Assembly (NCBI GenBank): GCA_000004985.1
Contig: GG738959.1
Reading direction: 5' to 3' (one strand)
Source: Naegleria gruberi
Taxonomy: Eukaryota
Length of the DNA: 28,592 nucleotides
The translations under genes and the position numbers were made by a program. The notes beneath the pieces were generated by a model. It saw only the letters and a list, made by a program, of their open reading frames with translations, ran no database searches and had not been told where the DNA came from. Positions 1-8,721 of the stretch are shown here, piece after piece (positions within the stretch are counted from its first letter, which is position 1; each line of letters opens with the position of its first letter).

Positions 1-435
1 ACCCAAACCCAAACCCAAACCCAAACCCAAACCCAAACCCAAACCCAAACCCAAACCCAAACCCAAACCCAAACCCAAACCCAAACCCAAACCCAAACCC
101 AAACCCAAACCCAAACCCAAACCCAAACCCAAACCCAAACCCAAACCCAAACCCAAACCCAAACCCAAACCCAAACCCAAACCCAAACCCAAACCCAAAC
201 CCAAACCCAAACCCAAACCCAAACCCAAACCCAAACCCAAACCCAAACCCAAACCCAAACCCAAACCCAAACCCAAACCCAAACCCAAACCCAAACCCAA
301 ACCCAAACCCAAACCCAAACCCAAACCCAAACCCAAACCCAAACCCAAACCCAAACCCAAACCCAAACCCAAACCCAAACCCAAACCAAAACCCCAACCA
401 AACCCAAACCCAAACCCAAACCCAAACCCAAACCC
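1..435. repeat. Telomeric repeat array (CCCAAA)n on + strand = (TTTGGG)n G-strand; ~72 hexamer units; chromosome-left-end orientation
   Basis: Direct reading: perfect 6-bp periodicity from nt 1. Variant units CCAAAA / CCCCAA / CCAAA occur at 385-404 just before the array ends at 435 (..aaccc|tgata). The C-rich strand runs 5'->3' inward, as expected for a left telomere. Confidence 0.95.
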
Positions 436-1893
436 TGATATCAACTATACCAATCTTTATGAAATTGATACAGTACCTTACTAATGGTGAATGAACACCA
501 CTGTATCAGTTTCATGACAATTTGAAATCATTCAACATGTCAGGAGTGTAATCATGGGAATAATGAATATCAAGATAATCAAATCATATTAATTTTAAAA
601 TCTTTCAATTATAGCATCATATATAGATCAATTAATCATGGTATTTCAATAATTGGTATTGAATTTCATATCAATTCATTCAAACCTTAATGACCTATCC
701 TTAGATGACCAACTCAATTTTAAACTATCATGAATCATATAACTATTGATACCATTGTGTTCACAATTGAAAATCTAGTCGATTGATATTAGTTTCATCA
801 ATTGGTAATATATATATGGTCAATTAGGGAATCTCAAAGTCAATTTTGAAAAACTAAGAGTAGCTATATATAATATCTAATAAATCATATTTAAATATCA
901 AAACTGATATCAAAATGCTTCAAATTACATGTACAACATGATAGAATTGAAATAAATATAATATCTCATATTAAATATTGAGATAGTCAATTAAGGTACC
1001 TCAATAAGGAAGTACCCTAAGGACAATGAGATTCATTACCAAATTGATACAGTATGTTATTAACATCATATAATGAGGTTCCTATCAATTTCATATCATT
1101 TGGACATCATTCAGTATTCATGTCATTTAACCATGTAGGTAACTACTCATGACAATATGACAAGTCAATATCAAGATGTACAACAAGATAGAATATAATA
1201 CAAATACTCTTATATATAATATTGGTAACGTTTCTGAGTGGTAGAAATTAATATCTATATAATTGGAATATCTGTCAAGCTACTGTCCCAATTGATCAAA
1301 GGTAACATTCTTACATGTCAATAATGGTAAGAATCAACACTAATTCATTACTACCATATTATAATCATCATATACTCTCATATTATCGATTTTGGAATGA
1401 TTTCAATATCATCTTAGATAGTTGTCATATGACAAAGTTATTACCTTAGTGAACTACCCATGTCATTAAGAAATGTCAAAATTGAAATATTTCAATTATA
1501 TATTCATATACACATCCAATAGAGTCTATAATATCAGTTTCATAACATATAATCAATAATTGGTATTATGGCAATAATTCTATTGAGATTAGACATTGCA
1601 ACATTTCCCAAATTGGAAATATAGAATATAAAATCATGAAACCAATTATATGTCGATAAAATGCATAGATAAACGATATTATCAAATAAAATATATGGGT
1701 CCCTATTGAAAATGTTTACCTGGTAAAAAGTGAGCGTAATTTCCCCAATTTTCATCCTAATTGGTTATCTCCCTATATATATGATAGATTTCAATTATTT
1801 TAATTTCATATCATAATACATGATAATTAGACATGTATCAATGAGTGGAATTAAGTCATGTATGATATTCATCCTTCAGTTACCAGTATTGTC
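436..1893. other. Subtelomeric AT-rich non-coding region with degenerate dispersed repeat motifs
   Basis: No ORF longer than 71 aa (the one present is low-complexity and AT-driven). Motif pairs: 'aaattgatacagta' at 461-474 and 1042-1055, each followed by ~100 bp of ~65-70% similarity; 'atgtacaaca[t/a]gatagaat' at 928-946 and 1177-1195 with similar flanks; 'tcatgacaat' at 514 and 1147. Confidence 0.6.
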
Positions 1894-3441
1894 NNNNNNN
1901 NNNNNNNNNNNNNNNNNNNNNNNNNNNNNNNNNNNNNNNNNNNNNNNNNNNNNNNNNNNNNNNNNNNNNNNNNNNNNNNNNNNNNNNNNNNNNNNNNNNN
2001 NNNNNNNNNNNNNNNNNNNNNNNNNNNNNNNNNNNNNNNNNNNNNNNNNNNNNNNNNNNNNNNNNNNNNNNNNNNNNNNNNNNNNNNNNNNNNNNNNNNN
2101 NNNNNNNNNNNNNNNNNNNNNNNNNNNNNNNNNNNNNNNNNNNNNNNNNNNNNNNNNNNNNNNNNNNNNNNNNNNNNNNNNNNNNNNNNNNNNNNNNNNN
2201 NNNNNNNNNNNNNNNNNNNNNNNNNNNNNNNNNNNNNNNNNNNNNNNNNNNNNNNNNNNNNNNNNNNNNNNNNNNNNNNNNNNNNNNNNNNNNNNNNNNN
2301 NNNNNNNNNNNNNNNNNNNNNNNNNNNNNNNNNNNNNNNNNNNNNNNNNNNNNNNNNNNNNNNNNNNNNNNNNNNNNNNNNNNNNNNNNNNNNNNNNNNN
2401 NNNNNNNNNNNNNNNNNNNNNNNNNNNNNNNNNNNNNNNNNNNNNNNNNNNNNNNNNNNNNNNNNNNNNNNNNNNNNNNNNNNNNNNNNNNNNNNNNNNN
2501 NNNNNNNNNNNNNNNNNNNNNNNNNNNNNNNNNNNNNNNNNNNNNNNNNNNNNNNNNNNNNNNNNNNNNNNNNNNNNNNNNNNNNNNNNNNNNNNNNNNN
2601 NNNNNNNNNNNNNNNNNNNNNNNNNNNNNNNNNNNNNNNNNNNNNNNNNNNNNNNNNNNNNNNNNNNNNNNNNNNNNNNNNNNNNNNNNNNNNNNNNNNN
2701 NNNNNNNNNNNNNNNNNNNNNNNNNNNNNNNNNNNNNNNNNNNNNNNNNNNNNNNNNNNNNNNNNNNNNNNNNNNNNNNNNNNNNNNNNNNNNNNNNNNN
2801 NNNNNNNNNNNNNNNNNNNNNNNNNNNNNNNNNNNNNNNNNNNNNNNNNNNNNNNNNNNNNNNNNNNNNNNNNNNNNNNNNNNNNNNNNNNNNNNNNNNN
2901 NNNNNNNNNNNNNNNNNNNNNNNNNNNNNNNNNNNNNNNNNNNNNNNNNNNNNNNNNNNNNNNNNNNNNNNNNNNNNNNNNNNNNNNNNNNNNNNNNNNN
3001 NNNNNNNNNNNNNNNNNNNNNNNNNNNNNNNNNNNNNNNNNNNNNNNNNNNNNNNNNNNNNNNNNNNNNNNNNNNNNNNNNNNNNNNNNNNNNNNNNNNN
3101 NNNNNNNNNNNNNNNNNNNNNNNNNNNNNNNNNNNNNNNNNNNNNNNNNNNNNNNNNNNNNNNNNNNNNNNNNNNNNNNNNNNNNNNNNNNNNNNNNNNN
3201 NNNNNNNNNNNNNNNNNNNNNNNNNNNNNNNNNNNNNNNNNNNNNNNNNNNNNNNNNNNNNNNNNNNNNNNNNNNNNNNNNNNNNNNNNNNNNNNNNNNN
3301 NNNNNNNNNNNNNNNNNNNNNNNNNNNNNNNNNNNNNNNNNNNNNNNNNNNNNNNNNNNNNNNNNNNNNNNNNNNNNNNNNNNNNNNNNNNNNNNNNNNN
3401 NNNNNNNNNNNNNNNNNNNNNNNNNNNNNNNNNNNNNNNNN
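1894..3441. other. Run of 1548 N (assembly gap or masked segment)
   Basis: Literal n characters. ORF-track entries 1820..3457 and 1858..3465 are artefacts of translating N as X. Confidence 0.99.
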
Positions 3442-3544
3442 TTTTTATTACACTTAGAATATTAAAACCTGTAATTTATTCTGGTGATAGTAGACATTTC
3501 TTATACTCTAATATCTTTTATTTTCCTCTTTTTGTTGTTTTCCC

Positions 3545-4414
3545 ATGGAGAATAATTGTAAAGTTTCTATCATTAACATGGTAAATCTTCAATATGTAAA
3601 ATTACCACAAAAGATATTTATTAGGTAGAGAGTGGATAGTTTACATGCTTCTTGTCATGTTTCCGAGTGTAAAAGTAATCAACATCATAAGAAACTTAAT
3701 AAAAACATCAATTATTCAGATATCGAAGATCTCCAAGAGTTACGATACAAGACTTTAAATTATACATTTAATAATTAAATAAACATTATACGTTGTTGTT
3801 TTATTATTGTTTAATTTGTAATTGGGCCATGAATCAACTCTGGTAGCATGAAATATCGGAACTTGGCAAATTGATAAGATGATGAAAATCTGATAATAAA
3901 TATGATGTTTATTATCTATTTAAATAGTAGTACTAAAAGACATGATTCAAGTTGGTGAAGTACATGTTGAGTTATGGTCCATGTACTTTTTCAAAATTCA
4001 CATGTACCTATCCCTATCATAACTTGACCAAAATTGATAAGATAAAGTTCTCCTACCTACTATTGACTATTCCGAACAATGCTACATTGACAGTTTTCCA
4101 ACTTATCCAGTAGATCCAACGGTGATGAATTTAGTGAAAATTTTGACATTTCACCAAAATTACATTACTAAAAATTAATTTCCACAAATACTATTATTAT
4201 ATTGATGGAAAACAATAATGATGATGGTTGGTAAATGATCCGATGATGGAACACCAAATTGTGATTTTCCATCAAGAAAAATAAATTCCAATTTCATGAT
4301 GATAATCCACCAATAAAAATTACTAATATTACTACTATTTAGATAATGTTGAGATGATGTTGTGAAAGTTTGGTGGTTTCATGATGTAAAACCGCTCCGA
4401 GAATGGTCATGTCC
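3545..4414 (+). repeat. Left arm of large inverted repeat (high-identity core 3775-4414; diverged outer extension to ~3545, possibly continuing into the N-run)
   Basis: The reverse complement of 3775-4414 aligns with 7461-8110 at roughly 92-94% identity with a few small indels, e.g. rc(4381-4414) 'ggacatgaccattctcggagcggttttacatcat' against 7461-7496 'ggacatgatgattttcggagtggttttacatcat'. Identity drops to ~70% for 3545-3775 against 8110-8325. No ORFs lie inside the arm. Confidence 0.85.
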
Positions 4415-4697
4415 ATAGAGGACCATTTGTTGAATATTTTTTGATTCTTTTGTTTAAAAAATATCACTTCACTCCTAGTATCTTCATTTCAATATGGAAA
4501 ACATTGATATTCAATGTACATCATCTTTGGATATCCGTCAATATTAAAATAATTAATTTTATTGTTTAAAATCATCAAGAAATTTAAATATAATGCCATC
4601 ATCTTTAGATGAATCTTGGAAAACTTTCAAATCAATAAGACTCTCGGATGTTGTTCGAACGAGATTGAGTTGTTGTTCTAATAGTATCCTCAAGTTA

Positions 4698-4747
4698 NNN
4701 NNNNNNNNNNNNNNNNNNNNNNNNNNNNNNNNNNNNNNNNNNNNNNN
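4698..4747. other. 50-N scaffold gap
   Basis: Literal n run, 9 nt downstream of the TAA stop of the minus-strand GTPase-like ORF. Confidence 0.99.
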
Positions 4748-4756
4748 TTTCTGATC

Positions 4757-5578
4757 TTAGCACAACAGGCATTTTTCCTTTTTGTTTAGAACTGGAGCTT
4801 TGATAAGTTTCGAATAGATAAACGTCTTGACAATCAAATCTTCCAATTCTTCCAGTCCAACAAACTCTCTTGAAGATGTTGTCACATAGCTCACAGCACC
4901 CATCCGCTGAGATAGTTTCTTTCCATACGAATCATACTTTTTACACAAATAACTATTCCAATATTTTCCCAAATGAAAATCTCCTGGTTTTGAATAATCA
5001 CAAATATCAGATTTTGTTCCAACGACCAATACTGATCTGTTGTAATCCAAAAATGGTTGAATTTCTGGAAGAAATCTATCAGAAAAATCCTTCAAACACT
5101 TATTCATCATTACTGGATTTGATATTGAATAGCACATTATAAAAATGTGACACTTGGATGGTGTATCATAAGAATAAGGAGTGTCAACTAATTGTAAACA
5201 ATAACCTTCAATCCTCTTAATATCACACGAATTATAGTAACGGGGAACAGAAAAACCCTCTTCCGAATCATTGTATCTTTCATACCTAAGGTGAAGATAG
5301 TAACACAGAGTGGTCTTTCCAATACCATGTGGCCCAATGAAGCAACATCGAATTGGCTCTGATTCTTTCAGTAAATTTGCATATTCCTCCAATTTGAAAT
5401 TCTCACAAAATGTCTCAAAGTTTTCAATTTCTTCCGAATATGAACCTCGCCACATCCAATCACTATTTAAAAGATTGAACCAAATGGTATTGACCAACAT
5501 AAGTTGGAGATGTTCGGAAAATGAAAGAAATTTATCAACGATCGTGATGGTATCCAGTGGCAAGAGATTTAATGACAT
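4757..5578 (-). CDS. Divergent Ras/Rho-superfamily small GTPase-fold protein, probably catalytically impaired (pseudo-GTPase-like). The ORF is open up to 5683, but its first ~24 codons are a tRNA-like sequence, so the first plausible ATG is 5576-5578 (alternatives 5498-5500 and 5453-5455)
   Basis: P-loop 'GPHGIGKTT' (GxxxxGK[ST]). Rho-like layout 'VDTPYSYD' in place of DTAGQE, then 'IFIMCYSISNP...LPEIQPF...VLVVGTKSDI' where Rho has 'VFLICFSVDSP...VGNKKDL'. G4 is TKSD instead of NKxD. The switch-I Thr is replaced ('VPRYYNS' against 'VPTVFEN'). C-terminus is polybasic plus 'KCLLC', followed by a TAA stop at 4757-4759. Confidence 0.6.
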   Translation of the reverse strand: MSLNLLPLDTITIVDKFLSFSEHLQLMLVNTIWFNLLNSDWMWRGSYSEEIENFETFCENFKLEEYANLLKESEPIRCCFIGPHGIGKTTLCYYLHLRYERYNDSEEGFSVPRYYNSCDIKRIEGYCLQLVDTPYSYDTPSKCHIFIMCYSISNPVMMNKCLKDFSDRFLPEIQPFLDYNRSVLVVGTKSDICDYSKPGDFHLGKYWNSYLCKKYDSYGKKLSQRMGAVSYVTTSSREFVGLEELEDLIVKTFIYSKLIKAPVLNKKEKCLLC

Positions 5579-5611
5579 TTTTTGATATGATTGAAGAAAA
5601 TAACGATGGTT

Positions 5612-5686
5612 AAAAAAACAGTCCGACCACAGGATGACAGTTGTTCTTGCTACAGTCCCATGCTCTACCAGCTGAGCTATCATCGG
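5612..5686 (-). pseudogene. tRNA-Tyr(GUA)-like gene relic: acceptor 5' half, D-arm, anticodon arm with a 14-nt intron-like insert and variable region, but no T-arm; ends in a T7 run
   Basis: Minus-strand sequence CCGATGA-TA-GCTCAGCTGGTAGAGC-A-TGGGA-CTGTAG-[CAAGAACAACTGTC]-A-TCCTG-TGGTC-GGACTG-TTTTTTT. The first 37 nt match canonical eukaryotic tRNA-Tyr at roughly 31 of 37 positions; from memory the human gene reads CCTTCGATAGCTCAGCTGGTAGAGCGGAGGACTGTAG|intron|ATCCTTAGGTC.... An A-box is present. No GGTTCGANTCC B-box or T-arm follows 'TGGTC'. The ORF-track ATG at 5681-5683 lies inside the acceptor stem. Confidence 0.6.
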
Positions 5687-5867
5687 TATCGATCTTTTTG
5701 AAAAACAATATATGGTTTACCCATTTCCCCACAAAATAAATACACACCCTATTAAATAATATTAATTGTTGATGCCAGATTCATTGCAATATTTGACAAG
5801 AAGAGTAACACTTTTATTGTCAAGTAATCTGTAGGTAGAGAAGGAAGCCAGGTAAAAAAATAATGAG

Positions 5868-6014
5868 ATGAGCAATGGAATAACAAGAACCCTTCAAAAT
5901 ATGCAACAAACACAATTACATCTCAAAAAGAGTAGTGAAAATTTATCAAACTTGTTGGCTGCTATTGAATCACGTCAGCAACCTGTTGTTGAAAATAAAG
6001 AAGGTTCTTATTAA
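5868..6014 (+). CDS. Small ORF, 48 aa (MSNGITRTLQNMQQTQLHLKKSSENLSNLLAAIESRQQPVVENKEGSY); speculative small coiled-coil protein or chance ORF
   Basis: ATG at 5868 and TAA at 6012-6014. The residue composition looks protein-like rather than the I/N/K/Y/F bias of random AT-rich ORFs, and local GC is raised. There is no recognisable family, and the ORF is below the ORF-track size cutoff. Confidence 0.15.
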   Translation: MSNGITRTLQNMQQTQLHLKKSSENLSNLLAAIESRQQPVVENKEGSY

Positions 6015-6163
6015 GGTGGCGGTATGGTGTTCCGAAATAGGCAGCTAATCATCAAAAAAAAATTTGTTATGATGAAAAATGTTTTACTCCTTTCCTCTCT
6101 TTCTGCTCATGTGATAATAGCACATCACACCTTCATCTTTAATTTTGCAAACAATATTGCTAT

Positions 6164-7312
6164 CTAGCGTTTTTGAATTTTTTCCTGATGAAACCCNNNN
6201 NNNNNNNNNNNNNNNNNNNNNNNNNNNNNNNNNNNNNNNNNNNNNNATTGCAATGTTTTTGGATCTCTTTGTATGCTCCTCATTACAAAACTATCAAGAG
6301 CATAATCGTCATCTAGTTCTTCATAGATTGAGCTAATTACTGAATCAGGAAGGTCGTGTTGTGTAATCTTCTTGATAGCATATTCTGTCGATAATTCCTT
6401 CCAATTTGCATACAATACAACTAGTGGATTAATTTTGATGAGTTCCAAAACATATTCAATATCTCCTTGAATATTACTAATAGCATACTGAATACATTGC
6501 GGAAAGTTGACAATTAATTCTGAAATATAAGTAATATCACTTCTCAATTGTAAGTGAGCATATCTAAATAGTGAAGGATCAAAAGGCAGAATATCATTCT
6601 TGAAAAATTCACGATCTTCCTTCAATTTTGAACTGGCAAACATGATTGCCGAATGTGAACTCATGACAGCAGCTTTAACAACCTCCTTATCTGCACTAAA
6701 GCAGTGCTTGATATCAGAATCTTCCAACATGTATCCTTCCTTTGAGACTACTAACAAGGCAATATCTCTATCCTTTCTCATTCTTTCCTTCAAATAATAG
6801 TAACACTTGTAATTCCATTCAATGGCTTCCATAATGAAAGCCTTGTCGTTTTGCAACTCTTCACTAGCTTGACCCAATATCTGACAATAATTAGTATTGG
6901 CTATTATTTTCAAAAGTCATTCCCTGTCATTGGAATAATAAGGCAATTCCAAAAAGTTGTAACATGAAACATTTCTACTAATCAACTCTCTTACATAATA
7001 TGGTTTCATCATGTTTGGAGAGCATTTAGAAACAACATAAGGAACATAAGAGACAGCCTTCAAGATGATTTCCGAAAAGAATCGATTATCTTTCAAATTG
7101 TCTATTAATCTAAGAAACTCATCCATTGAATAATAAACGTTAGAAAAATCCAAAGAATTCAATAAACACCTTTCACACTTCCATTCAAAACGCTCATCAA
7201 GATAACGTTCTTTAAGAGCCTCACTTCCCAAAGAATCATCTGTGGCCGGAAAGATTTTTCGTTGGTTTGAAGCAGGAAAGATTTTTAAGCAAAAATTTTT
7301 CCTGGATCTCAC
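6164..7312 (-). CDS. DUF4116-type repeat protein gene, probably a pseudogene or sequence error. Two same-frame ORFs (6917..7312 and 6164..6913) are separated by a single TGA at 6917-6919, and the span also contains a 50-N gap
   Basis: Repeated ~25-aa units resemble the DUF4116 consensus (ALqYASeELrnDkEvVlaAv...): 'QILGQASEELQNDKAFIMEAIEW', 'DKEVVKAAVMSSHSAIMFASSKLKEDREFFKND', 'IQYAISNIQGDIEYVLELIKINPLVVLYANWKEL'. The upstream ORF begins with GTG at 7310-7312; its first in-frame ATG is 7124-7126. The downstream ORF begins with TTG; its first in-frame ATG is 6830-6832, which lies downstream of clearly homologous repeat coding sequence. The C-terminal frame across the N gap is uncertain (the apparent TAG at 6164-6166 assumes frame continuity across 50 N). 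Confidence 0.5.
6197..6246. other. 50-N scaffold gap inside the DUF4116-like ORF
   Basis: Literal n run. Confidence 0.99.
7246..7299 (-). repeat. 27-bp tandem duplication (2 copies) in the 5' region of the DUF4116-like ORF
   Basis: 'ccggaaagatttttcgttggtttgaag' (7246-7272) and 'caggaaagatttttaagcaaaaatttt' (7273-7299). On the minus strand this encodes ..KIFPASNQR KIFPATD... Confidence 0.6.
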
Positions 7313-7460
7313 AGAAAAAAATTTGTTGTGGCTAAAAATAAAATATTGGTTATATTTTCAACAACTCCCACACACACATTCTAGAACATACCTCGCTCAC
7401 AAAAACTAAGTAACAACCAATCTTCATAAAAAAAATATTCAACATTCTTCTACTCAAGGA

Positions 7461-8325
7461 GGACATGATGATTTTCGGAGTGGTTTTACATCATGAAACC
7501 ACCAAACTTTCACATCATCATCTCAACATCATCTATATAGTAGTAATAATAGTAATTTTTATTGGTGGATTATCATCATGAAATTGGAATTTATTTTTCA
7601 TGATGGAAAATCATAAGTTGGTGTTCCATCATCGGATCATTCACCAACCATCATTATTATTGTTTTCCATCAATATAATAATAGTATTTGTGGAAATTAA
7701 TTTTTAGTAATGTAATTTTGGTGAAATGTCAAAATTTTCACTAAATTCATCATCACTGCTGGATCTACTGGACAAGTTGGAAAACTGTCAATGTAGTATT
7801 GTTCGGAATGGTCAATAGTAGGTAGGAGAACTTTCTCTTATCAATTTTGGTCAAGTTATGATAGGGATAGGTACATGTGAATTTGAAAAAGTACATGGAC
7901 CATAACTCAACATGTACTTCACCAACTTGAATCATGTCTTTTAGTACTACTATTTAAATAGATAATAAACATCATATTTATTATCAGATTTTCATCATGT
8001 TGTCAATTTACCAAGTTCCGATATTTCATGCTACCAGAGTTGATTCATAGCCCAATTACAAATCAAACAACAATAAAACAACAATTCATAATGTTTATTA
8101 TGTTATTAAATGTATAATTTCAAGTCTTGTAGCATAATTTGTGAAAATCATGGATATCTGATATTTTCATGTTTTTATTGTTTTTCTCATGATGTGGATA
8201 TTGAATTCTCACTGAAACATCACGAATAGCATGTCATTCATCCATTCTCTACCAGATAATTATCTTTTACTGTAATTTTCACTATTGGATATATTACTTT
8301 TAATATTTGTGATACTTTACTATTT
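7461..8325 (-). repeat. Right arm of large inverted repeat (core 7461-8110; diverged extension to ~8325)
   Basis: See the left-arm entry. The inner boundary is sharp: similarity begins at 7461 'ggacatga'. 7451-7460 does not match rc(4415-4424). Confidence 0.85.
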
Positions 8326-8503
8326 TATTCAATGAATAAGGATGAAAAACGTTCATTAGAAGAAGATAGATTCCCAGTAATATATTCTCTCTGTACAATT
8401 TATTATTTCAATATCTGTCAAGTTAATTGAGATAGAAGGTTTTTCATCAGCTCATATCAAAATAGCTGGAGTTGAACTACCTTGAAAAAGAAGTCTGGAA
8501 ATG

Positions 8504-8565
8504 AAAGAATTTGGAACAAAAATCTTTCCTAGAAAATCCAGAGAAAAATCTTTCCAGCTACAATA
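8504..8565 (+). repeat. Inverted partial copy of the DUF4116-like gene 5' region, overlapping a 33-aa relic ORF (8501..8602: MKEFGTKIFPRKSREKSFQLQYLLINIKLICQF)
   Basis: rc(8510-8565) 'gctggaaagatttttctctggattttctaggaaagatttttgttccaaa' against 7244-7292 'gccggaaagatttttcgttggtttgaagcaggaaagatttttaagcaaaa', roughly 80% identity. The 'KIFP' peptide motif is shared. Confidence 0.5.
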
Positions 8566-8721
8566 CCTTCTAATCAACATAAAGTTGATCTGTCAGTTTT
8601 AGATCACCAACAATTAGTTTTAGATCACCTATCATGAGTATGAAAATACATGATTTAATAATTTTGAAAATAAAATTATCTTGTTCACTATTGTATTAAA
8701 TCTTGTTTAGTTCCAAATAAA

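Noticed and set aside
1540-1755. 71-aa minus-strand ORF in the subtelomere
   Set aside because: Its composition is I/N/F/Y-dominated, typical of random ORFs in AT-rich DNA. There is no motif and it sits in a repeat-decay region.
4870-5585. Plus-strand ORFs 4870..5142 (90 aa) and 5310..5585 (91 aa, GTG start)
   Set aside because: They are antisense shadow ORFs inside the GTPase-like gene, with low-complexity composition and no motifs. The second needs a non-ATG start.
6145-6797. Plus-strand ORFs 6145..6336 (spans N) and 6600..6797
   Set aside because: They are antisense to the DUF4116-like gene, and one crosses a 50-N gap. They are chance ORFs.
3545-8325. Interpretation of the IR-bounded cassette as a classical TIR DNA transposon or Polinton/Maverick-like element
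   Set aside because: There is no transposase, integrase or polymerase ORF in the cassette. The outer IR boundaries fade rather than ending sharply, and no target-site duplication is definable. A helper-dependent non-autonomous element cannot be fully excluded.
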